Below the pieces are notes generated by a model that saw nothing but the letters and a program-made list of their open reading frames with translations, did not search any database and was not told where the DNA came from. 64,000 nt of DNA, taken from positions 69,130,001 through 69,194,000 of the forward strand of contig NC_043001.1 of the NCBI RefSeq assembly GCF_006345805.1. The letters are read 5' to 3'. Positions within the stretch are counted from its first letter, which is position 1, and each line of letters opens with the position of its first letter. This document shows positions 1 to 13,482 of this stretch, piece by piece. A program made the position numbers and the translations under genes. Source of the stretch: Octopus sinensis. Its lineage: Eukaryota.

Positions 1-471
1 AAAACAACTCACTACCTGGGCTTGAATTTCTATTTGAAGGTAATCTATTTTACGTAACAAGATATTGTCTTAATCTGTCTCTGGATCTTTCCGGTTTCTT
101 TCCTTGTTCACGATATACATTGAAAACTATGGGCCTATCTAAAGAATCTTGATAATTATCACAGATCGATATCGCTGTGAAGAATCAGTGGTCTTACACT
201 ATATTTAATAACTTTTATCTACGATTATTGTTCGTATCCAAATTGGATAATCCAATCATACAAACTGAATTTATGCCCTGATATCAATGAAATCTGCACC
301 AGTTATGGATTTGGGGTCGAGTTTACTACAATAGTTAATTACACTTCATAAAATTTTTGTATTTTCTCGTCATTTTTAATGTCGTTACTTTGTCATAGCT
401 GTTATTTTTTGAACATTCTCGACTCACCAAAGAACAAATGGCTATATATTAAACGATGGCGGTAGTGGTAG

Positions 472-507
<36 letters not shown>

Positions 508-693
508 CGACGACGACGATGACGATAATCTCAAAATTGTTTCGTATCTGTTCTACAACCGCTGTATTTCAGAGACAGAAAAACGATCAAATTTCCTGGA
601 ATCTTTGAAGGCCGATACCAACAGTTGCTTAATTTTTATATGCTTTAAGTCTTGTGACTGTCATTCACTATGATTTTATTATTCTGTCTCCTA

Positions 694-755
694 TGATTGA
701 TCGATTGATTCTAGTTTCAGCTCATGAGCTGTGGCCATGCTGGGGCACCGCCATT
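694..755 (-). mobile_element. Extremely 5'-truncated copy (3' tail only) of the CR1/L2-group LINE
   Basis: Reverse complement aatggcggtgccccagcatggccacagctcatgagctgaaactagaatcaatcgatcaatca matches the LINE 3' end at 36199-36261 almost exactly. Confidence 0.9.
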
Positions 756-1437
756 ATATGTATTTTTGCATATGAATCAGTTTTATTTTAATCGGTTTAA
801 GCTTTCAAATGAAGTTACTTTACTGGCGTTTCTTAATTTGAAGTGTGTGTATTTACCTGGACGAGACATTGTGTACTTATCTCTTATTTTTCAAGGATTA
901 TATCCATCTAAATGAAAGAGAATATTCAAATAAATGACAACTGAAGATTCCCACAACATTAAGGAAATAAAAAGACTTTAGATTTTCCCAAGACGAGATG
1001 GAATAATTTAACTATAAAAACTTATTAACAGAGAACTGAAAATCTACATCTCAGAAATACGCCTGCGTCGTACGGAAAATGATGAAGTTGCAAACGATAA
1101 TTGGCACCGAAAATGTGATTCGGCTCATTGGAGATATATATACATCAAATATTATTTTCAATATGATATAAAAAGAAAAAAGAGAAATATGACATCGCGA
1201 CTTTTGGCAACATTCCGAAGTAAGTGCATGTTGGGGAAAAAAGAATATCTCGTCAGAAGGTTTTAATTTTTGCATATATAGTGCACTTTAACGGCACTAT
1301 ATCCTACGACACTCTTTAAAATATTTTAATAGTTTACTCCAACGTAAACTGCTACCCTGCATTATACAGTTATTTTGATCGGTATAATTTCAAAGCAATA
1401 CTTTCATTAATAGTGTCAAGGGTTGCTATCCATACCG

Positions 1438-1615
1438 TTAGATCGCTAGCCACTACACATTCTTTATTTTATGTCCCTGTTTCTTTTTGTGTTCATTTCT
1501 TTGGAAGAGCGTAGGTTCGAAACGGTAAAGACTTTTTCAATTCCCGTGTTTAAACTAATACATCTGTTTGTTGTCTACAGTACCTGTCTTTTGTATTCTT
1601 TTGTGAAATCTCCCT
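1438..1615 (+). mobile_element. Short repeat family A (Penelope-like-element-derived by inference) with degenerate HHR-like motif at 1496-1530
   Basis: Homologous to 4654-4765 (-) and 61488-61664 (-). Motif ttt-CTTTGGA-a-gagc-gtag-gttc-GAAA-cggt-aaag; ends in (TA)n. Confidence 0.7.
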
Positions 1616-1628
1616 ATATATATGTATA

Positions 1629-1753
<125 letters not shown>

Positions 1754-1754
1754 T

Positions 1755-1786
<32 letters not shown>

Positions 1787-2132
1787 CATATATATATGTA
1801 TATATGTAGAGACACACACATACACACACGCACACATATACACACACACAAGCGCACACAAACACGCTCACATGCATACACATATATATATATAAATATA
1901 TTTATATAGCGTGCGTACATATATTCAAGCACATACATATGCAAGGGTGCATGCTTACTACGTTAAGAAAATACACCCGTAGATATATTCATATGGGGAT
2001 ATATATATAGACACATATCAACGTTTACATTACTTCATAGGTATATAGGTACACCGATACATACATACGCATGTGCAATCGTACGTAGACATAAAGATAG
2101 GCATATAGCTACGTAGGCTGGCACCTCCCAAT

Positions 2133-2180
<48 letters not shown>

Positions 2181-2221
2181 ACACATGCATATAAATACAT
2201 ACATATAAATACATACATATA

Positions 2222-2279
<58 letters not shown>

Positions 2280-2524
2280 TATATATACATTATTACATTA
2301 ATGGCTGTTATTATAAGTAAAGCCGACTTCCTCTTTCACACATTATCCAAGAACACGTGTATTTCTAAAGATAATCTAAGTGCTTGCATACACTACAAAG
2401 TAACACCTTTCAAAAGGTTTAGTGACTTTCTTGTAAAGAATTTATAACTTTTTCAAAGAAATAATTTAAAAATAAAGCTTTGTTATACTTAGTAAAATTG
2501 TATCAAGTAATTTCCACAAAGATT

Positions 2525-2564
<40 letters not shown>

Positions 2565-2566
<2 letters not shown>

Positions 2567-2927
2567 GGAGTAAACACATAAATGTGAAACAAGGTGGAAA
2601 AAAGAGTACTCAAATACCATTTGTACTGTCTTCATTAACGGCAATAGGTTTTTCCTCGGTTTTTTTCCTCGGATTTTATAATTTTTATAAGTTTTTTTAT
2701 ATATATATATACATATATTTTTGACCTTTTTGTTTATCGCTCGAAGATTGACCGTTTTTTCTAAAGGGCCAATCAAACAAGTCCATTTCTTTTTAAAGGT
2801 GTAGCGTTTGTAAGAGTATAGATTGAATTAATATATATGTTCCATTCTAGCAAAAACTGTCTGATGAACGGCAACGAGAAACTCAGAGTAACAGATTTTG
2901 TTGAATTTTCTGCTGCTTAAAATAAAG
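2565..2927. mobile_element. Repeat family B element with outward-facing ends, flanked by (TA)n, carrying an HHR
   Basis: 2565-2618 and 2851-2927 match the two ends of 26749-26974. Confidence 0.75.
2851..2900 (+). ncRNA. Minimal type I hammerhead ribozyme
   Basis: Stem I caaaa(a)ctgt/acag(a)ttttg; core CTGATGA 2861-2867; stem II a-cg-GCAA-cg-a (closing pair A.A); GAAA 2878-2881; stem III actcagagt (1-nt loop); GUA cleavage after 2890. Confidence 0.75.
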
Positions 2928-3300
2928 TATATATATATATATATATATACATACATACATACATACATACATACATACATACATACATACATACATTTAA
3001 TTGTGTGTGTGTTTTACGAAAACTTTTGTGTTTCAATTTCAGGTGTGTATTGTGTAATATATTACATTTTACTTTAGTTGTACACTTACAACATCACACA
3101 TACCAACTGATGACTGGAAGATAGATGGAAGTACACAGTCCTGTCACGAAGCGACATCATGAGAATTAAATATGAAAGGATTTATAGAAAGAATTAATTT
3201 AAGGCAGATATATATCATTTTGATATTTGTAAGAATGTATAGCGTTTCCTTTGAACGTGTCGCGTCATGATTTGATACGTACATTAACAATGTGTGTTTG

Positions 3301-3338
<38 letters not shown>

Positions 3339-3522
3339 TAATGATGATGTATGCGACTGTGTGCGTCTGTAGGCGCGTGGACATGCATGTATATGTGTAT
3401 GAATATATATGCATACACACGCACACATATATATATATATATGATATATATGTATGTGTATACATATATGCATACATACAAAATCACAGACACGCACACA
3501 CACATACGCACACACACACATA

Positions 3523-3576
<54 letters not shown>

Positions 3577-3764
3577 CATACATAGTATCTCCTATTCCAA
3601 TAATTAAGATATTTGAAAAAGTTTTGCCTATTTATTGCTGAAGGATGATATCTAACATTATGTACACACAATACACACACGGTAACACAGAATCACGCAA
3701 ACATACATTCCAAATCATCCATCAGAATATATACATACACACACACACATACACACACACACAT

Positions 3765-3839
<75 letters not shown>

Positions 3840-4290
3840 TATAATTATTAAAACATGTAGTAAACAAACACAACAACATATACCAAATAGAGAGACGAAC
3901 GAAAAACACAGAAGGTCACACAACTCCCCTTCAGTTATCGGCCGAATAGTCGCGCGCAATTTTAGCCATTATCGATAATATTCTTCCACTCTGGAGGCAC
4001 CTGGAAAAGACTTGCTAGGAATGGGACCCAAACATAACAAAACAAAACGGAATGGGCTCCAGGCGAGAACGTTAGTCAAAGGACGAGGGACAAAGCAACA
4101 AACAGTATAAATACTTAGGGCCACACGAAGACAACAATTCAAATGATAATAATTCATATACAACAAAAAAGCCTTAGCGCCGCAAAACAAGACGTAAATG
4201 GTTGAAGCGATGGAGAAATGAAAACCTGCTTTAAAGGAATATACACGGGAGGGGGAGTAGCATTTGTATCGTATTCTTTTATTCTTATAT

Positions 4291-4460
4291 TTGATTCAGT
4301 TATTTTATTGTGGCCATGCAAGAGCACCGCTTTTAGTCAAACGAATCGACCCCAGGACTTATTCTTTGTTTGGCTAGAATTTATTCTACCGGACACTTTT
4401 GCCGAACCGCTAAGTTAGGGGTACGTAAATACAGAAACACTAGCATACACACACACACAC
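4291..4460 (-). mobile_element. tRNA-derived SINE family 1, 3' half
   Basis: Antisense match to the 3' half of the full copy at 30541-30951 (gccgaaccgctaagtta, tggccatgc..gagcaccgc). Confidence 0.85.
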
Positions 4461-4477
4461 ATATATATATATACATA

Positions 4478-4960
4478 GTCACAGAAGTGGGTGGGTGTTA
4501 AGTAGCTTGCTTACCAACCACATGGTTCCGTGTCCAATCCCACTGCGGGGCACCTTGGGTAAATGTCTTCTATTTTAGCATCGGGTCGACCAAAGCCTTG
4601 TGAGTGGGTTTGGTAGACGGAAATTGAAAGAAGCCCGCCGTGTATATATATATAGGGAGAATTGACAAATAACAAAAGAGGTAGACATGTAGTGTAGACA
4701 ACAAACAGATGTATTAGTTTAACTCTCGGAAAGTGAAAAAGTCTTCAAAGTTTCGAGCCTACGCTATGTTTGTGTGGCTGTGTTTGCCCCCTACCATCGC
4801 TTGACAAGAGATGTCATGTCCCCGTAACTTAACAATTCGGTGAAAGACCGATAGAATAAGTACTAGGTCGATATGGAATAAGTCGTGTGGTTCATTTGTT
4901 CGATTTAAAGGCGGTGCTCCATGGAAGTACTCAAATGACTGAATCAAGTAAAAGAATATA
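4478..4960 (+). mobile_element. SINE family 1, interrupted in its central (TA)n by a family A fragment
   Basis: Head and central domain 4478-4650; 3' half resumes at 4766 and ends in tail ggcggtgctcc..aaatgactgaatcaagtaaaag. Confidence 0.85.
4654..4765 (-). mobile_element. Family A fragment (3' half of the HHR-like motif plus tail)
   Basis: agggagaatt...gtttcgagcctacgct, homologous to 61488-61664 and antisense to 1438-1615. Confidence 0.8.
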
Positions 4961-5077
4961 GGAATTAGAATATATATATATATATATATATATTTACGTA
5001 TGCACATGAGCATGCATGTGTATATATGTATGCGTATGTATATATATGTATATATATATATGTGTGTGTGTATATAT

Positions 5078-5112
<35 letters not shown>

Positions 5113-6173
5113 ATGTGTGTTTGTGTGTACAGATGCATTTATGTATGTATGTGCGGGCGTACGTAAGTCATTATATCTTCTTTCCTCCTCACTGATTCCT
5201 AACTATCACACTAATCTATAAAATCACATACGTCTATTTATAGATATCCTTGTATACTTCCCTCCAATTTATATTTTACCACTAAAAGTCCACCCATACT
5301 TTTTCTCTACCCATCCGTTAATGCAGCTCTATCACGTCACTCCTACTCACATATCCCACATTTATTCACTGCTAACCTTCTCATCTCTTACTATTCCTTC
5401 CCCACGCTTCTCCCATCCTCGCTTCACATTATCTTGACCACCAACTAACACTCTTTCTCTCACCTCTTTCCAAATTTCTTCAGGTTTTACTGTTTTCACA
5501 TCTCTCTCTATTTTTCTCTTTTTTTTTCTCTTTTTCTTTCTCTTCTTTGTTTTTCATTCACACCACAAGACACTTTCGAATGAATAACACAGAATCAACG
5601 GCTTCATACTTTGAGATGACTAAACTACTATTGGAACTTACATGCCAAGTGCAGGAAACTTTCTTTCCCGTTTCTATACACCACTTTCCTCAAATAATAG
5701 AACTGCAACTACAATATCTTTATTTTATATTTTATTTCTACTTTCATTTTCTTATTTACCTCTATATTCACAAGCTCCCCCTTTTCCAAAATAATTCTTT
5801 CTTTCGAACTCAAGTATGTACCTGTGTTTAACCATCTCACATCGTCTCTGCTAAAGAGATATGCGTAATATACCAGAAATAGCTGTAAGGCTATATCTAT
5901 ATATTTTTCCTTATAAATGTCCTGAAAACTTCTCACAGCCTTGGCTTTGTTATTTCATTTTGTCTAATATATATATATATGCATGCTAATACAAGACCCA
6001 CATTAGACTACTCACTCATATCACTATTGGACCAAAAGTTTAACTAGGGTATGTCCATACCACTTACTTAGCTTTACCTACCACTCGTTGGGTCTTTTAC
6101 ATACCAATACCTCTCATACCCAATATATATATATATATATATTGGGCGGAGAGGGTGTAGGGATGCGTGCATT

Positions 6174-6242
<69 letters not shown>

Positions 6243-7286
6243 TATATACACATACATGTATACATTGGCACTGTCAAGTCCTAGGCGCGTATCACCATCA
6301 CTGACAGATTATCATAACCTAGAACCTAGGTTCTAGCGGTTAATAGCATTGTCTGTCAGTAAACTCTCATCTACAGAGACAAGTAGTGCGTATATATATA
6401 CACATACTTACCTACATCCATACACACACACACACTCACACAAACACACACACACATATGTATATATATAAAAGTAAGCAGGTTAGCTGTTGTAGTAACC
6501 GACTAAGGGATAAAAATTATCCGTATTTACTATCGGTATCAGTTACCTGAGCTATCCCTTGGTAATAGGTATGAAGGCACACTATGCTCATAGGGTTCAG
6601 GTAACAACAGAATAAAACAAAAGCTTATCAGGAATCAAGTTTCAATAATCAGAAAATGGAGAAAAAAATGTGGTCCAATTTGTTTGTCTGTTGATCAAAA
6701 GTTTTCTCCATCCGTGGTTACTTTCCATTTAATGGAAACACTGTGTAGTATTTTCTCAATTAATCAAATGCTGATAAATACTATCCCGCATTCACATATC
6801 TTTTTAATTTGCATTTACCAAAATATTACTTTAAATTTATAGATCTCATGGAAGCTCCATGTTAGTCGATTATTTGTCACCCCATTTTCAATGTATTAAT
6901 TATTACGTGCTATTTTTTTTTACCAATATAGACAATTGGTATAAACACTTGCTCAGTAACAAATTGTTGAGCTGAGACAGAATTATTTCGTAATTAAAAT
7001 GTTTATTGCATGGCTCTCTCGTTATCATTCTAGACGTTTCTTATTTACGGTAATAAAAATAGTGACCCTTGTTTCCTTGGTCGATACATACCGTTATTAT
7101 CTAGTTCTTCACAACTTCAAGTTTGTTCTGTGTAAATGACTTGATGCGGGGTAATTACTTCTACACTCCACCCACGATGAAATTCTTGTAAGATTTCAAT
7201 GCACCGTTATCGATATTTAAAATAATGGCATACTTTTTAATGCAAGATATTCAAAACGCGTGCGCTAACGTTCGCATAGTATGTAA

Positions 7287-7317
<31 letters not shown>

Positions 7318-7387
7318 TGTATGTATGTATGTATGTATGTATGTATTCACGTATGTATGCACGTACGCATATACGCATGCATATAGG

Positions 7388-7458
<71 letters not shown>

Positions 7459-9149
7459 ACATACACACACACATACATATAGTGTATATCACAAGAATAC
7501 GATTAACGGTGATCCCCAAATATCGGCCTGCTTGACTTCATCAAACTGATCTTGGTGAGCAAATCGAAACTTCGATGTCGCTGTTAGCCTTTTTTCCTTG
7601 TAAAGCATTAGTTAATCTGTATTAAAAAATAATTCAACTGAGAGAGAATCTTTTTATTCAAAAGATAACACACACACACGCACACAAAAATGCAGATGCA
7701 CACACACACACATATATACTCACAGGTACATACGCATACTAAACTTAGCCCTATGTCTATCACGAGCCCTAAGCCTCATAAGGTCTGACCTTAATTCGGT
7801 TACTATGGCATGTATGATTCATTATAAACTTGCTTATCCATGGCACCCGTATTTTTTAAAATATATTTTTACACATCGTTGCTAGGGTCTCCTCCCATTC
7901 CTGCATACAAACAATTTCTTCAAGCAATACACTGGAAATGTGAGGAGAAGAACATGAACTGATACATAAATATATATTCAGCATACTTTTTTTCTGTTTG
8001 ACACACATTTTCCGTTTGATTATACTTCTTACACAGAGATAGTTTCCTTTGAAGCAATATTCATAATTGGCATGAGAATGTACATCTGGAGAGAAAGTTT
8101 CAATATAACCGGGGCAAGTGAGTCAAAAGAGAATGGTTTTTTTCTTTGTATGTATCTTCAGTAACAATACGCATGAGAGAAGACAGCCAACGGAGTGAGA
8201 ACTTGCTTTTGATATTTTGTTGTGTTTCAACAGAAGCATAGTAACAAAGTTGTTAAAAATGATAAAGTTATGTTATTAAATTCTTTATTATTTTCAAAAT
8301 TAATTGAAACTGGGGTCTTGTATTTGAAGACAAAGTAAAAATGAGATTAAGAGGAATCGGAAACATAGGCATGCAAAATAATTTTGACCTTAATCCTTAG
8401 ACTTTCAGACATTTAGTCTATTGAAGAACTTTTGAAAAATGTTTCATTTTTTGTTGTAAACGTTCGACAAGAACCTAAAACTTTAAAAACTTAAACAAGT
8501 AAATAACAATGCAACGTGCAAAAGACAAAGAATTACTAATGAGAAGAATCCTTGAAAATCATAATAATACTAAGTGAATTAACTGCAAAGATTTTTAAAT
8601 TTTAAATTCAATATTAAATATAAGACATTACAAGCAGTAATTTTTGACAGAAAATTAAATCAAGATAACCTACGTCAGTATTAAATTAGTTCTTGTGTAG
8701 GATTGTAGAGTTTTACATCCCGGTAATATGTTATGGATATCTAATATCGAAATTGATACGAACAAATATATAAGATTATTTTCCTGACTAGAATCAAATG
8801 TGTAGTAAGTCGCAAAAAATGAGGAAAATAATGACTTTTTACTTACAAGTTTAGAAATATGGAATGTTTTTATTTTCTTCTAAGTAAACAACAATGAGAA
8901 TCTTGTTGGAGAAAGAAACACTCCATTACTCAATCCATAGAAGAGGTTACTGTCATCAAGTGATGATAGTGATCTAAGTTATGTGCGACTGATTCCATTC
9001 TGGTGAAAACATTTGAATTATGTCCCGCTTCTTTCCTTCTTCCTTCTATTTGTACAGATTTCCTTTTGTAATTAAAGTAGAAGAAAAAAGAAAATACCTT
9101 GCTAATATTTGTTTTACATAACACTGTAATATTAGTTTGAAATTTTCGC

Positions 9150-9520
9150 ACAAGGTCAGCAAGTTCAGACCAAAGGGTGAATTGGTACTTATTCTATCGA
9201 CCCTAAAAATATGAAAAGTTAAGTCAACCGCAGCGGAAACTGATCTCAGAACATTAAGACGGACAAATACCGCTAAGCATTATACCCAGTATGCTAACGA
9301 TTCTGCCTCGTCAGCGCCTTCTATTTCGGGAAATATTGACTTCAGATTTTGGCTATGTCGATTACATCGATCCCAGTGTTCAACTGGTACTTATTTTATC
9401 GACACTCGAAGGATGACAGGCAAAGTCGGACTCGGCGAAATTTGAACTCAGTACCTAAGGACAGAGGAAATGCCGCTAAGCATTACGCCCAGCGTGCTCA
9501 CGAGTCTACCACATCACCGT
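9150..9520 (-). mobile_element. Two adjacent copies of SINE family 2 (about 9150-9318 and 9370-9520)
   Basis: Antisense of ggcagaatcgttagca..aatgcttagcggtattt..gagttcaaat..gactttgcc..catcc..gtcgata..aagtacca, as at 41590 and 57785. The central part resembles the Meta-type SINE domain from memory (unverified). Confidence 0.75.
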
Positions 9521-9892
9521 CTTATATATTGGGAAATATTAAATACAAAATTATTACTTGGACAGCATTTGAACTCAGAATATGGAGTTACGCAACTAAT
9601 TATTAGAACAAATGCATTTAATATGTGGCTCTATTACTTCTGACAAATTAAGAATAGCAGATATTGTGAATCTGAATTAAGACAATGGATACTCTCCAGG
9701 ATCATCTGAACCAAATATGATGCTATTTCAGGTAAATATTTCTATAAGAAATTCTATAAAGGCCGGAATTACTTTACAAGTATTATTTTATCTCATGTAC
9801 TTTTAACTTTATTTGTATTTCCTTATCAGGGACATCTAATTAGTATATTAATTAATTTCTAAATTTAACAACCATTCATCTACATGCGCCCT

Positions 9893-9990
9893 TTCTTCTT
9901 CTTCTTCTTCTTCTTCTTCTTCTTCTTCTTCTTCTTCTTCTTCTTCTTCTTCTTCTTCTTCTTCTTCTTCTCCTCCTCCTCCTCCTCCTC

Positions 9991-10022
<32 letters not shown>
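9893..10022. repeat. Compound trinucleotide tract (CTT)n(CCT)n(CTA)n
   Basis: Directly visible; source of the poly-E/poly-R pseudo-ORFs. Confidence 0.95.
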
Positions 10023-10023
<1 letters not shown>

Positions 10024-10789
10024 ATAGCATTGCTACTCCTGCTGGAACTGCCAGTGCAATTGGTGTTGATATTTCTGTATGAGATGTTGTTGAAGGCCGT
10101 AAACATGTAAACTAATAGATATCAGTCCCAGAGAGAAGTTCTATTTTGCGTGTCAGATTATTCGAAATCAATAAAATTAATTATAAATACTGTCAATTTG
10201 TTGTGGTTGTTGTTGTTGTTCTTCTTCTTCTTCTTATCATCATCATCATCATCATCATCATCATTATTCTTATTATTTGCAACGGTAAACGTCAGACGTT
10301 TTTTCGAACACTCTACTTAAGTCTCGTTTAAAATATGTTTTTATCCGTTTGGTGTGGGATTTCATTCAACATTTTCTTAAAAATGGTTATTACGAGCACC
10401 AGGAATATCGTGATTGATGACCTGCAGTGGTTTTGCCCCGTAAAGGGCAATACATAGTTTTCCAAGGAAACATTCTGCTAGTGTTAAAAAAATCAATATA
10501 CAAGATGGCGCCAACAATACCCATTATTTGAATATTGAGGGAAGAGAATCGTTTCTCCCACAGATCCCTTCAATAACCGAAGACTTGCCTCATCTTCCTT
10601 CACTCATTCAACTAAATAACAACGAGCAATGCGGAGAGAACGGCGGCAGCGGCAAGAGTAACAACAATAACATCTCCAACGTTCCCTCCAGTCGTGAGTT
10701 ACAGTTTCAATATCATTAACTACTCAATTATTAAGATATGTAATCTTGACAGAAAACACGAAAATTGTTGACAATGCATAGAATGCACC

Positions 10790-11370
10790 ACCCTAAGGCA
10801 GATACCCATCTGAAAAACTCTGATGACTGGATGTTAATACTTGTCTCAAAACATGAAAACAAGAAAGCCCATACGCAGTAACAATAGAAATATATAAGTA
10901 AATTCCAAATACAACAAATTGCAAAATTAGACTACTAGAAACAAGCACAGAAAAAGTTAAGCGTATGTAAACCCGTGCTAAAACTGCTGCCTTAGATATC
11001 CTGGCAAGAAAAACCTCTCAATGGCAAATATCCAAAGAGAGCGAATAATGCCGATGTTGACAAAGACCTTACTCATTAATGGTCAATGGCCTCTGGCTTA
11101 AAATCTGAAACAGAAGGGTTTATCATAGCAGCCGAAGATCAATGCCTATCTCCAAGAAACTAGCAGGCCAACATATTAAAGAACGGCAGCTTCCCAACAT
11201 GTGTATATCAACAACAAAATGAAACCATTGATCATGTTGTCTCCAGGTGCAATCTTCTTGCGCTTACAGAGTATCTCAACAAGCATGATAGAGCTGCACA
11301 ATATATTCACTGGGTAATTTGCAAAAGCCTGCACTTGCCCCATGATAAAAACTGGTGGGAACGCAAAATA
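10790..11370 (+). pseudogene. Degenerate R4/Dong-like (RLE-type) non-LTR retrotransposon ORF fragment, post-RT zinc-knuckle region
   Basis: Frame from about 11002: WQEKPLNGKYPKRANNADVDKDLTH*WSMASGLKSETEGFIIAAEDQCLSPRN*QANILKNGSFPTCVYQQQNETIDHVVSRC..LALTEYLNKHDRAAQYIHW. Matches remembered R4/Dong motifs (W..K.LHG.Y, ETEG...AAQDQ, ET..H..S.C, RHD..A..IHW), with two in-frame stops. Confidence 0.8.
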
Positions 11371-12499
11371 TATATTTATTTAGCTATTGCACATTAGTCC
11401 AAACAATTAAACATAATTTCTTCTACACGGAACATAATACTGCACGAAGAAGGTTGCGAAACAGCCGTTAACCTAAGGATTTCACGTAGTTAAGTAAATA
11501 TATGGTCAATTCTTATAAAGTCTGACATTTATGGTGTATATGCTCGTTATGAAATAAGTTCATCGACCTAATTGGTCATATAATGTAAAGATTATTTAGT
11601 CATTAGTTATTCGAATTATATCCCCTTGTGGTGTTTGTGTGCCTTATTTGATTAAAAATACGACAAATACAGAAACACACTTATATTCCGTTCCGCAAAT
11701 TTCAGGAAAAAAAATTGCATGGCAAAAGAACTGAAAAACTTCATATAGTATGGCGAAATGAAATAACAAAGATATTGAATGTCATAGTTCTTACGTATTT
11801 GTCAACACGAATGTTTTACCCATGCGTGTGATTTTATATGTATAAGTAGGTGCGTGTAAAAATATATACACACGTATGTGTATATATATATTGCATATCA
11901 TTGCCTATGTCTATGTATGTCTGCAGCAGGCAGAATTGAAATATATCCTATTATATTTCGCTATACTAATTTACACAACTTGTGGGAGGCTATACATACG
12001 AAAGTCGGGGTTACTGACCCGAAACATTAATATAAAAATGTATAATTTCTTTCATTCTAACAAGTACACACACGTACAGACACCCACACCCACACCTAAA
12101 CATATACATACATTCATACATGCATGCATACATACAAGCACACACACACGCACACACATACGTGCACACACAAACACACAGAGAGACACAAACACGCACA
12201 CACACATATGTATATATATATATATATATACGTACATGTTCTTCGAAAGTTTGTCTTCACAAATTGCTTTTATCATACCAAATGGCCACCTCACAAATTT
12301 CACCCCTCACCGTTCCTAATATACATAATCTCGTCATACAATTATATATGTTCATAACAATATATTTTGTGTATGACTGTATAAACATATATACGCACAT
12401 ATATATGTACACGCAATAAGTACGCACGTGTATGCACATACATAATGTATGCGTGAATATATGTAATTGCGTGTGTACATATATATGCATATATGTGCG

Positions 12500-12555
<56 letters not shown>

Positions 12556-12624
12556 TATATATAGATATAGATATATGTATATATATATACATACATATGT
12601 ATATATATGTATATATATGTATAC

Positions 12625-12693
<69 letters not shown>

Positions 12694-13084
12694 CATACAT
12701 ATGTATATATATACATATGTATATATATGTGTGTGTATATATGTGTATGTGTGTATGTATGTATGCATGTATGCGTCCATCAGTGCGTATTTGCGTATTT
12801 ACCGCAGAACAAATTTGCTTACCTGAAAGTACAACTAATATGACATAAAAACACTTATCAATATACAGAAATACACACACGCATAGAGATTGACGATCGC
12901 GGTCACATATACACACACAAGCGCACAGATGCACACGCATCATAGATCTCACGGATATGGTGTGTATGTGCATGTAATATATTTATTCTTTTGCTAGTGA
13001 TTGTACACTGACACACAAGCACATACACGAACATTATAATTATATATGTATATATGAAAATATATATGTATGTATATGCATATG

Positions 13085-13145
<61 letters not shown>

Positions 13146-13278
13146 AATAAGCAACAAGAATACCTTCGTTGCTTATTTTGATTATAATCACCCCATTGAT
13201 TTATATGGATAACACCATACAAAATTCTAGTGCATCTAACTTACGTACCGTATTCATCTGAATCTAAATTTTGCTGAA

Positions 13279-13383
<105 letters not shown>

Positions 13384-13435
13384 ATATAAATGCGTTGATT
13401 TAAAGGACGCATACATACATACATATATTATATTA

Positions 13436-13482
<47 letters not shown>

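Noticed and set aside
1190-1265. Minus-strand CTGACGA..ttcggaatgttg
   Set aside because: GAAA is altered and stems do not close; at best a decayed HHR.
3107-3175. CTGATGA followed by ..cgaagcgac
   Set aside because: No GAAA, no convincing stem I or II.
10444-10719. Open frame with N/G/S-rich, protein-like composition
   Set aside because: No recognisable domain, no clear acceptor, no partner exons; low complexity.
10820-10870. CTGATGA in the R4/Dong remnant
   Set aside because: Lies in decayed coding sequence with no flanking helices.
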